Assembly (NCBI RefSeq): GCF_036971445.1 | Contig: NC_091471.1 | Location: 101,618,001 to 101,682,000 of the forward strand | Length of the DNA: 64,000 bases | Source: Narcine bancroftii | Taxonomy: Eukaryota | Direction: 5' to 3' | In this document: positions 47,433 through 61,289 of the stretch, piece after piece | Layout of the letters: each line of letters opens with the position of its first letter | Position numbering within the stretch: the stretch's first letter is position 1 | Translations under genes and position numbers: made by a program | The notes under the pieces: model-generated | The model's database searches: none | What the model was told of the DNA's origin: nothing | The model's input: only the letters and a program-made list of their open reading frames with translations

Positions 47433-50004
47433 ATGTCACATTTGTGGCCCGAAATGTGAAGTTAATAAAACATTAAACACAAGTTTATTAGGTAAACTTC
47501 TCCATGGCTTTTTATTCTCCCGTTTCCTTTGTTCTCTTTCTTGTGTTCTTATCTCTCTCTCATACCACGTGACTTCTGGTACATCTCATACATATTCATT
47601 ATCATGACAATATCCATCATTTGCTATTTTTATCCCTTTAATATTATTATTCTGTTGAATTGCCTGAGCTAATGGCTCAATGACCAACGCAAACAAGGTT
47701 GGTGACAATGGACAACCTTGACGAGTTGATCGCGTTAATTTAAAAGGCAAAGAAGTCTGACCATTCATCGCCACCCTAGCAATTGGATTTTTATATAGTG
47801 CTTTAACCCAACCCATAAAAAGAGGGCCGAAGTTAAACTTCTCCAACACCTTAAATAAAAAATTCCACCCGACCCAATCAAATGTTTTTTCTGCATCAAG
47901 TGCAACCACCATTGGTTGGTTGGGTTGCTGTCTCGAAGCATTGATCAACATTATCAACCTAAGAATATTATCAGATGCACATCTATTCTTGATTAAACCA
48001 GCCTGATCAACATATACTAACTGTGGCCAATATTTAGCAAGTCTATTTGCCAATACCTTAGCTATTATTTTATAATCCACATTTAATAAAAGAAATTGGT
48101 CAATACCAAATGGATCTCTATCCTTCTTTGGAATCACTGTAATAATCGCACTCAAACAAGATTCTGGTAATGACTGTTCATCTGTTATTTGTTGAAGCAC
48201 ATCCATAAATATAGGGGACAAATCCTCATAAAACACCTTATAGAGCTCTGCTGAAAACCCATCATCCCCTGGTGACTTTCCATTTGGCATCTCCTGTATA
48301 GCTTCCTTAATCTCAAAATCTGTAAGTGGAGATTCAAAATCCTTCACTTCTTCCTCTCCTAAATCTGACAAATGCAACTTAGATAAAAAGGATTCCATAG
48401 AACCATCATCCTGCTTTCCCTCAGAAGTATATCATTTCTGATAAAATGAATAAAATTGGTCATTAATTTCCTGAGGTTTATAAGTAACTATTAAATTCTT
48501 TTTAACAGCATTAACAGTTCTCAACACCTGTTCTGATTTTAATTGCCAAGCCAACACCTTATGAGCCCTTTCACCTAATTCATAATAATGTTGTTTAGAT
48601 CTTTGAATTAAGCACTCATTCTGATATGTTTGTAAAGTATTATAACATAATTTCAACTTAGCTGATGCTGCTTTTTAAAATCTTCTATAACCTTCTTCTG
48701 AAATTCTTTTTCCAACTCATTTATTTATTTCTCCAAAGCCAAACTCTCTGCCAAATATCGATTTTTATCTTAGTAGAGAAACTAATAATTTGACCATGCA
48801 AATATGCTTTCAAAGCATCCCATAGGACAAACTTACTACTAACTGAGTCCGTATTTAAAGTCAAAAATTAAACAATCTGCTCTTTCACAAAAGTAACAAA
48901 CTCTGGCTTTTTCAATAACATTACATTGAATCTCCACTGATAAGTTGATTGAATAACTTCAGGGCCTACACAAGATGTAAACAACATAGAATGATCAGAT
49001 ATAATCCTACTCTTATATTCAGCTTGCACAAATGTGCCAAAATCAAAAACAAATCTATTCTAGAAAATGAATCATGACTAGACAAATAAAAAGAAAAATC
49101 CTTTTCTGTTGAATTTAATCTTCTCCAAATTTCAATTAAATTCAAATCCTTCATCAAAGAACCCAATTGTACTGCCATCTTAGATTTCCTTATACTTTTT
49201 GGAGATTTATCCAATAATGGGTCCAAAACATAATTAAAATCCCCTCCAATTAAAATATTTTCATTAGCCTGATTTCATGTTGGAAAAGCTTCAGATATAA
49301 AACGTTCATCGTCCACATTAGGCGCATAAACATTCAATAATTTCCACTGTTCTGCAAAAATCTTACAATTCACCATCAAAACTCCACCCGCAGTCTCCGT
49401 AAATGATTCCAACTCAAATGGTATTTTCTTATGAATCAGAATCGCCACTCCCTGCACCTTAGAATTAAAAGAGGAAGCAACCACATAACCTATGGAATCT
49501 CTCTTCAATTTTAAATGTTTTTTTTTCAGTTAAATGCATTTCTTGCAAAAATGCTATATCAACTTTCATCTTTTTAATATAAGCCAATACACATTTATGC
49601 TTAATTGGATTAGTCAATCCTTGGACATTAAAAGTTGCAAAATTCAAGTTTGACATTCTTTAACTTTTTTTATATATAATAAAAATATACAATACAATAA
49701 AACAAAATATTACTCCCCTTGCTAAAAAAAAGCCCTATATAAAATACAAAAACAAACCCCCTCCACTTTATATATATTAAAAAAACCCAAATTAAAAAAA
49801 TTATCTGAAAACCACAATAATGTAGATAATTCCCCAAAAATCTGGGTGTGGTAAAACCCACTAGTGGCAGATGACTATCAGAAGCTTCAGAGCCATTCAC
49901 CCTCTCCAGTCAAATTATTCAATAATTCTTAATCAATCATAATCAACCCAACAATTTTAATCCAAAAGACTGTTCCAGATACTAAATATCCAGCAAACTC
50001 TGTG

Positions 50005-51520
50005 TCAATTCATCCTTCTTTCCATTCTTTCTGTTCTTTCCATTCCCATTCCCATTCCGCTATCAAATACCCTCCTCTTAGGTGACGACGGAGGTGACTG
50101 TCTACCTCCTCGCAAGTCTGGCAACGAATTAGCAAAGATTAATGCATCATGATCATTCTCAAAAGATTGAGACTGAAAATTTCCATAAAAAACTTTCAAT
50201 ACAGCAGGGTAACAAAATGTAAATTTATAACCCTTTCTCCACAACACTTCTTCAGCTGAATTAAATTCTCTACACCTCTTAATAATTTCTTGACTCAAAT
50301 CAACATAAAAGAGCACTCTATTGCCCTGAACCATCATTGGAGTTTGATTTTTTTTAGCTTTTAGAACCGCAATACATAGTATCATCTCTCTATCTTGATA
50401 TCACAAGCACCAAATCAAAACTGCTCATGGTGATTGACCCGGAAAAGGCTTCTTTCTCAATGCTCTATGCGCTCGGTCCGATTCCAAACCATCCAGAACA
50501 AATTCACTTCCCAACACATCAGGGATCCACTTTTTAAAAAATGTCACCGGATCAGAACCCTCTGACAGTCCTACTATTTTTACATTATTCCGTCGACCTT
50601 GATTTTCCAAAAAATCAATCTTCTTCAACAATTCTCTCTTCTGAATCTCCCATCCCACAAAAGAATCTCACTTTTTCCATTTTTTCCCTATTACGTTCCA
50701 CCTGATCTTTACAATCATGAAAAGCCTCCTCAATTTAAAAAAAAATGATCCTGTACAGTATCCACAGCTTTCAAACATTTATTAACACCAACTTTAACCA
50801 CATTCATATCATTCTTTACAGATGACATTTCTTCACAAATATTGTTCATTTTAACCTTCATTTCCATAAATCCTTGATTAATTTGTGTAGACATCTGCAC
50901 TGACATGTTGTCCATCTGGTGGGCAATTCCTTCCAAAATAGAGAAGACTGCTTCATATCCAGAATCCCCTAATCCCTCTTGAGGCCTACCTTCTTTAACC
51001 ACAGTTCCCATTTTAAATTCTTCCTGCCTTAATTCCATCAATGCAGGGCTTTCTTCTTCTTCTTCACCTGCAACTATGTTAGAGCGTCCAGCATTGCTGT
51101 GGGTCTGCATCCGCCCCCCCCCCGCCCCCCCACAGCCCATACTTTTTCCAACAACTCCCAAACACACGTCATGCCCGGAAGCACTGCTGACCGCGCAGGC
51201 ACATCCTCCGATACACCCCCGCGCGTTCCCAGGCCACCTGGCTCATGTAATAAACTCCACTCGGCTGACTCAACCGCGTGCCCGGCTTCATGGGCCCATG
51301 CACCAGAGTCGGCTGAGCTCAAAATAATGCCAGCACCATCTTGCAACTGCAGGGTAGGCATCGGCGTCATACTTATCCGGCCAGGAGTTTGCTGAGCCTT
51401 AGGGATCAATTCTGATTACTCCGTGGCTTCAATCTGGTAAGTAAGCCTCAATTCTTCAACACTCTTATAAGGTAATTTCTTCTAAATTGAGCTTTAGATT
51501 TTTTCACATTTGCTGTCATT
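50005..51520 (-). pseudogene. L1 ORF1 (coiled coil, RRM, CTD), disrupted
   Basis: LENQGRRNNVKIVGLSEG, DRAHRAL, FYVDLSQEIIKR, YPAVLKV. The start position is approximate. Confidence 0.85.
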
Positions 51521-51714
51521 TTCATTCTTCATTTTTCAGACACTCTTAAAACTATTTTTTTATAACTTTCAAAACTTTTAATTTCGGGTATTTATGAGTT
51601 TAACCGGGGAGAGGTGGAATTGCACATCTTCTTGCTACGCCATCTTGCCATGCCCCCCAGAACAATGTTTCTGTAGCAAACTTTCACTTGTAGTAAGAGA
51701 TTAGTACATCAAGG

Positions 51715-51965
51715 ATTGTGTAATGGTTGTCACATCACCATTACAACACCAGCAATCTGGATTCAAATCCAATGCTGTCTATCAGGATTTCATATGTTCT
51801 CCCCGTGTCTGTGTGGGATTTCTCTGGGTTCTCCAGTTTCATCTCATATTCCAAAGACATATGGGTAAGTAGTTTAATTGGTCACATGGATGTATTGGGA
51901 CAGCACAGTCTCATGGGTTAGAAGGGCCTTGTTATTGTGCTGTATCTCTCAATTTGAATTTACAT
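51715..51965 (+). mobile_element. tRNA-derived SINE (older copy)
   Basis: GGATTCAAATCC B-box-like motif and the same body and tail as 40015-40270. Confidence 0.7.
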
Positions 51966-53047
51966 TTTCAAAAAGCATCGATAGTTTCTTAAATTTTGCA
52001 CCTTGTTTAATATTGTTGCTGTGAATAAAATCAACATAAGAATGGTTCCTTATTCTGCAGCATTATTACCTGCCACTTTAAGTTGCAGAAAAGATACAGC
52101 ATAGAATGAATGGCACATTTATGTAGGCATGTGAATTACATCTGAAACTAAAGAAGAAAATAAATGCCACTGAATCAACAGCCCCTAACAATTTCCATAT
52201 CCATCAAAATAAGTAGAAATGAAATTCAAGCGGAACATAAAACAGGGTATTGATCTGCTATTGCCAGTATTGGACTCAGTACCCAAGATTCATTTCTCCT
52301 CATAATTCTTTCACATTCCCAATTCATCTGAAAGCTCTTCACAGCCATTTAATTCAATTTGAAATCTTAATATTATTGTATCAACTACAAATGTGCAGTA
52401 AAGTCAACAAGGATTTATTTCATGAAGACAAAAATCCCTCAGTCCAAGAAACAAATTCTTAAGAAGAACTCAAATTCAGAAGAATGGTGGTTGGTCCACT
52501 GATAATCCCAATCTGTAGACTAGTCAAGAAGACGAGCATTCATATGGAACAAGGATGCTCTTGTTTTGCAGATTTGGAGTTATATTATTAGATGTATAGA
52601 GTACCCTCTTACTCCAGTGTGAACAGCTTCAAGAACTGTTAGAATAATCAGAATAAAAGCCATGCAACTTTAAAATAGAATGTTGTGTACACTTTTGCTG
52701 AGGTGCATAGGTGTACCTCCTCAAATAGCTGCTTCAGTCAGGGCGTAATGAATTCATTGCCACAGACAGCTGTGGAGACCAAATTATTGAGTATATTTAA
52801 AGCAGAGGTTGATCAGTTATTGATTAGTAAGGGTTTTGAGCATATCTTTGCGAACCTTACAAATAGAGAGGCCTACCCTTTGGCTTCTTCCACCTTTGAT
52901 CCCCAGCAGTTTCAGTGATAGGCTTTTCTATGTTAGAAATCCTATGAATATAAGGATACGGAGAGACTGTAAAGTACAACTGATGTTCTGCTCGCTTTTC
53001 TCCCCTAGATTGAGCTGTGCAATTAATAAAAATAACGCCAGTCTTTT

Positions 53048-53652
53048 CTGGATTCCTGGGTGTCAATATCTCTGAAGATCTATCCTGAGGCATCATGTCG
53101 CTGCAATCATGAAGATGCCGGTGCCTACCAGTGGCTATCCTTTGTGAGGAGTTTGTGGAGATTTGGTATGTCACCAAAGTCTCTTGCAAATTTCTACAGA
53201 TGTAGCGTAGAAAGCATTCAAACTGGTTGCATCACTGTCAGGTATGGAGGTGCCAATGCACAGGACAGGAAAAGAATGCAGAGAGTTGCAAACTTGGCCA
53301 TCATGGGCATCAGTCTTCACTCCTTCAAGAACATCTGCAAGAGGTGGTGCCAATAAGAAAGCAGAATCTGTCCTCAAAGACCCTCAGCACCCAGACTATC
53401 CCCTCTTCTCACTGCTACCATCAGGAAGGAGGTAGAGGAGCCTGAAGACAAAAACCAATTGGTACAATACAACTTCTTCCCCTCTACCATCAGTTTCCTG
53501 AATACACAATGAACTACAGACACTACACTACTTTCTCTTCTTTTACACTAATTTATTTAATATAAAATGTAATTTATAGCAATATTTGAACCCTTGATTC
53601 TGCTGCAAAACAACAAATTTCATGACATATTCATGACAATACATTCTGATGC
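53048..53652 (+). mobile_element. Rex1/Babar-like LINE 3' part
   Basis: FLGVNISED, LANFYRCSVESIQTGCITVRYG, LFSLLPSGRR; parallels 25190-25812. Confidence 0.8.
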
Positions 53653-53654
53653 AG

Positions 53655-54815
53655 ATGTAGGAGCAGAAATAGGTTATTCAGCCCATCAAGTCTGCCCTGC
53701 CATTCAGTCATGAACTGATTCATTTTCCCGCTCAGCCCCACTGCCCAGTCTTCTCCTCATAATCTTTGATGCCTTGGCTCATGATGAACTTATCAAACTC
53801 TCCCTTAAATATGCTCAATGGCTTGACCTCCCTGCAACCACCTTCTGGCTTAAGAAATTTTCCCACATCTCTGTTCAAAGTGGACAGCCTTCAATCCTGA
53901 AGTTGTGCCCACTTGTCATAGATTTCCCCACCATGGAAAGCAACCTCTCTACATCTACTATGTCCATGCCTTTCAACATTCAAATATTTCAATGAGATCC
54001 CTCCTCCTTATTCTCCTAAATTCCAAGAGCTGTCAAATATTCTTTATATGATAACCCTTTCATTCCCAGAATCATCCTTGTGAACCTCCTCTGAACCTTC
54101 TCTTACATTAGCACATTCTTTCTTAAATGAGGAGCTCAAAACTGCTCAAAATAAGGTCTCATCAATTCCTTATAAATCCTCAACATCATATCCTTGTTCC
54201 TATATTCTATTCGTCTTGGAATGAATGCCAGCATTGCATTTTCTTTCTTCACCACTGATTCGAGTTTACCTTCAGGGTATCCTGATCAAAGACACTGAGA
54301 TAAGTTTGTATCTAGGAATTTTCCATTTTTTCCCCATTTAGAAGATAATCCGCCTATTTATTTCTTCTACTAAAGTGCATAACGGTGCACTTTCCGACTT
54401 TCTATTTCACTTGCCACTTCTCTGCCCATTCTTTTCATCTGCCTAAGTCCTTCTGTAGCTTCCCTATTTCCTCAACATTACCTGTCCCTCCACCAACCTT
54501 CATATCATCTGTAAACTTGGCCTCAAAGCCATTTATTCCATAATCTAAATCAATGATATACAACATAAAAAGAAACTGCCCCAAAACTGACCTCTGTGGA
54601 ACACCACTAGCAACCTGCAGCCAACCAGAATATGATCCCTTTATTCTGACTTTCTGCTTCCTACCAATCAGCCAATGCTTTACACCCACAATATTATATT
54701 TCCTTGTTAAATAGCCTCATGTGTGACAACTCATCAAAGGTCTTCTGAAAATCTAAGTACACAATATCCACTGTATCTCCTTTATCTGTCCTTCTTGTCA
54801 AATCTTCCAAAGAAC
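53655..54815 (-). mobile_element. CR1 LINE 3' part
   Basis: WLIGRKQKV..SGVPQRSVLG..KFTDDMK; tail GGAGCAGAAATAGGTTATTCAGCCC on the left. Confidence 0.85.
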
Positions 54816-54829
54816 CATTAATTTGAAAT

Positions 54830-55320
54830 CTGCCCCCACTCCTGGTCAATGATCATCTCCTTCATCTTATTGATGTTGAGAGGTTGTTATCTCAATGCCA
54901 TTCTACTAGACTTTTATCCTCTTTCCTGTATTCCATCTCACCTGGCCCACTACTGTGGTGTAATTGGCACATTTGAAGATGGAATTGAAACAGTATTTAG
55001 ATGTGCAGTGATGTACAGTATTTAGGTGTACAGGGAGTATAGTAAGGACTGAATAGAAGTCCTTGATGAGTGCTGTGTTGAGGGTAAAGGAAATGTTGTC
55101 ACCCATTGTCACTGATTGTGGTCTGTTAGACAGAAAGTCCAATTACTGAAGGTGGGGGGAAGGGGGGGGAGCACTGAGGCCGAGATCACAAAATTTGAGA
55201 ATGAGATTCCTAGGGACTATAGTAGTGAAGGGAGAGCTGCTGTCCATAACCAGTAGTATCACATGGGTGTCCTTAGTGTCTCGGGCTGTGGAGAATGAGG
55301 GAAATGACCTCTGCCATTAG
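54830..55320 (-). mobile_element. Old Rex1/Babar-like RT fragment
   Basis: DFLSNRPQSVTMG...FKCANYTTVVG (decayed KFADDTTVVG). Confidence 0.6.
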
Positions 55321-57706
55321 CTGAATGGACTTTTTCTGTGGTTCATACTTCTATGGCTCTATGATACTACAACTGTAATAGTGGCTTGGATTTAAAGATG
55401 TAATTACAGTATATCAACGGGTGAAGTAGGAGATTATTTACAACCAATAAACCAAAAAGAATTTATTTGAAAGGTTGGTAAACAAATTGGTAGCAATTTT
55501 GATTCATAAGAATCTTAACAATCTAAATGCATCTTAATTCATTTTCACAGCTTTTCTTTATTAACCCCCATGCAAGTTGTTGTCATCTGACTTCTAATGT
55601 GAGAAATGTAATTAATGCTTAAAGGGATAATATAGAGTAATTCATCAAAGGAGATATCTAATACTTTTGCAATGCCCTCAGAGGAGCTGAAGTAATCAGA
55701 TATCTGCCAGAGAAATATGGACTTGTACTCTTTCCTGAACACCCTCCCCCCACCCCATTTTAGATCATTCCCAAACCCAGCCAGCAAATGTCCCCCCCCC
55801 CCCCCTCTCATTTCCACCAAGCTGAAATCTGGCCCCTGTTTGGTTACTGCAGCTCACCAAGAGATTTGAAATTGGCCCTGGCATCTAAATTATCCAGACT
55901 TCCCACTGGAAACAATGAACAAGCATCCTCCACCCAGCCATCTCTGATTTTTTTAAAAAATGTCTGAATTGTCTTGTTCAAAATATTCTGTATAATGTAC
56001 ACATAAAGTATATGTTCTGATTACATGTACAAATTCAGTGCTGCTTGATTCTTAACCACATCTTTGTGCATTTGATTTTCATGTAATTACTTCTTCCAGT
56101 CACCACCAATACAACGTTCTAAAGAATACCCTTTAACTTCTCTTTTCCATGTATAGCAATTATCCTTTTTTTGATTCCATTGATAATGAATTAAAAACAT
56201 GCTCACTCATTAGACTTGAGTAGTTAAAAATATCATGAAAATAAGTCATATCATAGTTTTCTTAATTTCTCTTTTAATTTAGACCAATATTGAAATCTCA
56301 GTTAGCAATCATTCTTTGTGTTTAATTTTTATGAGCATTTGCAAGGGAAGTTGTTAGAAGTACAGGTATATAAACACTGCATGGCACCTTCTACAGGACA
56401 CTTGTGACTTCTGTAAAGAGGGTACCTATGTAGTGGTGTCTATCTTTATCCAATCAAATTTAAAAAATCATTATTGATCAATGTGGAATCTAAACATGAA
56501 CTATAATTTAGATGAGTCATTTCAAAGAAGAATCCAATAAAACAAAAATTTAAAATGAAAGGCCAGAATGAAAAAGATAGAAAAAGGTCATAGAAATTTA
56601 CAACACAGAGGTCATACAGCCCATAAAACCACGCTGTAGTCAGAGAGAAAAGCAAAAATAACTTTGCTTTAACAATCTTCAAAAATTAGAACAATAAGGC
56701 AATGGTTAAGTTTCAATATCAAAAGCTTTTTTGGCAGCCATCACAGCATATCCCATTAAAAACGTTACTTAGATTAAAATGAGCAAGGCCTAAGCCTCTG
56801 CAATGGGTTTGGTACATAACAGAATTGCAAGTACAGCATGCACCTGAATGGATTTTCAAAAGGTTAATAGTCAAAGGTTCATCAAGACCAGTGATTTCTG
56901 GATTTCATCTTTAACTGCACCTGCATTTGCCAGAAGCTTATGCATAAATATTATGGTTTGTCTTAGCATTATCATTATTTTGACAGTAAATTCAGCCTCA
57001 TGACTGAACACAGGCATGTGTTTTGTCCAGAAGTTCAGGTTATTTTATATTATAATACATGAAATTTAATGACCTTGAATATCTGTACTTTTAGTTGGTT
57101 CCATGCAGGACTGCAATGCAGCTCCTAAGAAAACAGTGTAAACGTTTTCTCCATCTATTTATATCACATGGGACACTAAGAGAACACACATTATGGAACA
57201 CGGATTAATCATTTTCCAGGAGTTAAACATCTTAGAATGATTCTATTTATCTTAGTGGAAGAGCTTATAATCTTTCCATAGGTACGTATATTGGAGCATT
57301 AAACTCATACACTGGAAAAGCACATTGTCAGGCATTGATCTATTTTAAAAAAAAAGACTGATTTTAATAAAGAAAAAGGGTACAATTCAATAAGATAATA
57401 TGGACAGTTATATAAACTAAATAAGATATTCTGTACATCACTAACATACATAAATTGTAAATCATATCCATAATTCATATTCTAAATAGTATATACAATT
57501 TTCTAAAAAAAGTCTAATAATATTAGAAAAAAAGAAGAAAATAGGAGGAGAAGAACTCAAACCCCTTACCTAACCACATTGTCATGCTATATCTGACTAA
57601 TATTAAAAGAAAAATTAAGGGAAAAAAATTAAGGAGCATGGAAAAGATACAAGTCAGGCAATGTAATTACATTAGAGTAAAATTATAAATAAGTTAGTGA
57701 GTCCAT

Positions 57707-58673
57707 TGTTACAAGCCCAGAGGACCCCAAAACCCAGCAGCAATAGAAATAGTTACTTAAACAAAAAAATTCTTTTAATTTTCTTTAAACATAAAAACAG
57801 GATCAAACTTTAACTTATTACTATTAACTTGACCTAACTTAAACCCCTTCTAATTCTAAGCCCATGTGTATGTAATGTGTATATGTTCAGGAAAGTTATT
57901 TGCTTTAATAGTTCAATCATTCACTTCTCATTTCTCCAAGTTCACTGGTATCAGACAATTCTTATACTGTTCACAGAATTTAACATTGAAGAATTTTCAC
58001 CAGGTTCTGGAGCCTAAAGGTAAATGGTTATCGCTCAGAAAGGTTTCAGGGAGATATTTGTTAGTTATTGGACACACAAAAACTGATTTCCTCCAATAAG
58101 TCACTTCAGTTTCTTGCCGAAGAAATGTTCCCCATCATGGGTTTTCCAAATGATAACCTCTTCTTCCAGGTCACCTCTTGTTTCCCTTATTTCAGGAGAA
58201 ACAGTCTAGCCAGTCATTTCCTCTTGTAAAGACTACAATGGTTTACAATAGGCTGAACTCACAAACCATCTTCAAACTAGGGTTTTCAACAAGCCTGCCA
58301 ACTTGCCATATTGCAGCATCAATGGCTACTTTAGAACTGACTTCTCTCCCCCTCTAAGATATATCCTATTTTTTTCTTTCCTCTCTCTGCTTGTAAAAAA
58401 CCAACTTCTCCAAAGGCTTCAAACCCAATCCTTGAAAGATCTTTATCAGCACTTGAGCTTGGACATCTCCATTTGCACCTGCTTTTGAAATTCTTACTAA
58501 AGCAGTTCCATTGTCTCTGCAAAGTCACGAGCCTGAATGTCTGGCTTCAGCAAAGCCCCTGTATTTTAAATGAGATGTGAAGTGTATCTATTTGTGAAGT
58601 GACCTACACTAAACCCCCCACAATCTATCTCTTTAAAGACATATTTATATATAATATAATAAAACCCATAACA
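57707..58673 (-). mobile_element. Long solo LTR (~970 bp), same family as 34431-35423
   Basis: TGTTA...TAACA; flanks CCAT / CTAT (4-bp TSD, one mismatch); collinear similarity to the 34431 copy. Confidence 0.82.
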
Positions 58674-59279
58674 CTATAGTGATCTATTACATTTTTATTG
58701 ACCTTTAATACTAGATTAATAAGTATATTGTATTTACTTTAACTGTTAGTGCAAAGCAGATATATTTTTTATTTTTTAGGTAATGTGGTGGATGTATTTT
58801 TAGTTTTACAAAGAACAAAATAAGTGTAATAAGTGGAAAAGGTATGTTTTATTTCAAGACATAGACAAGACTTCTGTTAAAGGTGGAAGTCCATTTGCAT
58901 TCTCAAGAAGGAGGCATCCCTGGGAGTTCAGAACTAGTTTTGGAATATGGTGTCTCAACAGTCTTCTCAAAGACAATGAGGGATAGATAACAAATGCTGG
59001 TTTACCAATGGTGCCTTTATTTTTAATAAATAAATAAACCTTGTGCAAAAGAAACCTGATGCAGATTCAATTACTCCATTTTAATGGGATAAGAGAGAGA
59101 GAAGTTTCAGGTCTTGCTCATTTTAAACAAGGTAACCATTTTAATGACATTCTTTTTATTTATCTGAGTAACCTTAAAAGTATGTCATTACTTCTAAGAC
59201 TTTCAAGCATTTAAACTTGTATTTTTAGTATTTAAGTAATCTTTAAAACTTTCAATAGAACTGCATAATTATTTTTAAC

Positions 59280-59588
59280 AGTGTTTGTGAATTTATAGAT
59301 CTTGGCAGTTTTCTCAACCAGCAAGCATAAAGATGGGGCTTATTCCACTGTCAAAGAATTCCTGCAGGCAAGGCATATTATTTAAATGTGGAATCTCGGG
59401 GATGACCAGAATCTTTCGAATTAAATTTGGACCAATCTAATTGAAGATCTATATGTAAATATGTAACTCATTTATATTTATATTTTATAATATGCCTTAC
59501 CAGCAAGAATTCTTTAACAGTGGGCTAAGCCCCATCCTTATACTTGCTGGTTGAGAAAACTGCCAAAATCTATAAATTCTCAAATACT
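59280..59588. repeat. Long inverted repeat: 102-bp arms (59280-59381, 59487-59588) with ~105-bp AT-rich spacer
   Basis: Manual alignment gives 11 differences and no gaps over 102 bp. Confidence 0.9.
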
Positions 59589-61289
59589 AATGATTATACA
59601 TAGATGACCTGCCTCTCCTCAACAATTCAAGTCCTTTACATATCATTTGGTTCAATAAAGAGGGCTGTTTTTCATAACTGAACTATGAAATCATTTGTAA
59701 TGACATTGCTACTCCACTGCAATGGTTAACCTCAAAGCAGTTGATCTTCCAACCACCGGTGATGATGTCATAGCTAAATACCTAATGATTATACAGAAGC
59801 AATTTTATTGCAATATTTCATTCATCAATGTACAATTGAAGTTTTGAAATTTAACTCTTTTATATTCAATGCATAGCAGAGCAAAAATGTAAGTGGGGCA
59901 TATAGTCCATAATGATGCTGACATACATATATTTCTTTGTGAATTTGATTCTGTGCTTTAGATATTTTATTGCTACCACAATGTTTTTCATACTTATGTT
60001 TTCAAGTTTCAAACTGTAAAACTGATAAAAGCAGGCTTCCGAATATGGTAGCAAAGGTCTCTCTCCATATGATGCATGCCCATTAGAGTGGAGGAGTGAA
60101 GTTTAATGGTATGCAAATAACTGGATCAAGCCTAAACAAGAGCTGGATGAGAAGGGAGGGGAATTTGGGTGTGTGAAGGACACAGGGCACCTTTGAACAT
60201 TATAAATATAGCACCCCTGTGGAGAAACTCCATGTTGAGCAATATTTAGAACCAAGAAAATTACAGGTTTTGTATTTTTGACATGAGGATAACACTGAAG
60301 GATAAAACACAGCATGGAAAATAGCTGTAAGGCTGACACCTAGTGTCACAGGTGGAATTTTGTGGAAAACCTGAGATACAGCAAATTTTCCAGCTGTGGA
60401 GGTGGGAGGGGACAAATGATCACATGGAAGTGATCTCCAAAGAGAAACAAATGTATAGAAAATTCTTCCTGGAAGACATTGGAGGGGAAAATATGGGAAT
60501 GTTTGAATAACAATCAGAGGATGAAACAAGGGGGATTTCAGGATTTTTCAGGTTGATGAATAAGAATGGTATATGTCCTTCTTCATTCACGGTTATTTTG
60601 TATTTCGTTTCATATTACCTCTTTACAAAATCACACAACTTAGTAATTGGAAGTATTCATAGTTATCAATTGAATCTTAAGAAAATGTTGCATTACATAT
60701 TTATGCTACTGTATTGAAGTATATATTTGAATAAGTTGCTATCTGTGATTTCTGTATTCTCTTCTCTTCCTATTTCAGTTAGCTTGAATACCTGCAAAAG
60801 AAAGTGCTAGCAAATAAAAATATCCCTTTTAACTAGCCACTGGAAAACCACTGGGTTCACATATGGATGACTTATTCAATCAACAAAACCGCCATCCTGT
60901 TTTGTTCAATTACCATTCAATCATTCAGCCCATCCCATTGAACTTGACTCACATCTGGAATGGAGGATTTTTCCGTTATGAAATTTATTTTTCTCATCTC
61001 AAGCCACATCAGACTGCTCAATGATCTCTAGACAATGGGATTCTTAAAAGACACAGTTACCTAGGGGTTTGCCATTAGTCCTTTAATTATAACAATGAAG
61101 AATTTATTATCACATACATTGTACCATATATATATGTGTACTGAAATTCTGACTGGTTACAAGCCAAACAGGCACTTAACAAAAAAAAACTACAGGGATG
61201 GTATTGTCACATGCATGTATTGTGGCACTGCAGGCTCAAGGACTGGAAGGCCATGTTACTGTGCTGTGTCTCTAAATTAAATGTAATAG

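Larger units (their letters stand above)
42863..47609 (-). mobile_element. Young full-length Mag/SURL-like Gypsy LTR retrotransposon nested in L1 ORF2
   Basis: 176-bp LTRs 42863-43038 and 47434-47609 (TGTCA...TGACA, 2 mismatches); TSD ATATC (42858-42862, 47610-47614); PPT AAAGGAGGGA on minus at 43039-43048; PBS at 47419-47432. Confidence 0.97.
41213..49656 (-). pseudogene. L1 ORF2 (EN-RT-Cys domain), disrupted and interrupted by the Gypsy
   Basis: ATFNVQGL, AFLQEMH, NVYAPN, SRIDLFL, GKSPGDDG, LDAEKTFD, TRQGCPLSP, INLFADDILIYL (rejoined across the insertion), KYLGI, HIEWSC. Confidence 0.9.
40995..51658 (-). mobile_element. Full-length decayed L1 LINE (~5.9 kb excluding the nested Gypsy)
   Basis: 5' end GGGGGGCATGGCAAGATGGCG; ORF1 and ORF2 remnants in order; decayed poly(A); candidate TSD CAGAACAAT (40986-40994, 51658-51666). 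Confidence 0.9.

Noticed and set aside
57345-57706. AT-rich stretch resembling an L1 3' UTR around the solo LTR
   Set aside because: No ORF2 motif recoverable; composition alone is insufficient.
60690-60810. Possible minus-strand acceptor TTTCTTTTGCAG and terminal exon
   Set aside because: Short unrecognisable peptides and no partner exon in the window.
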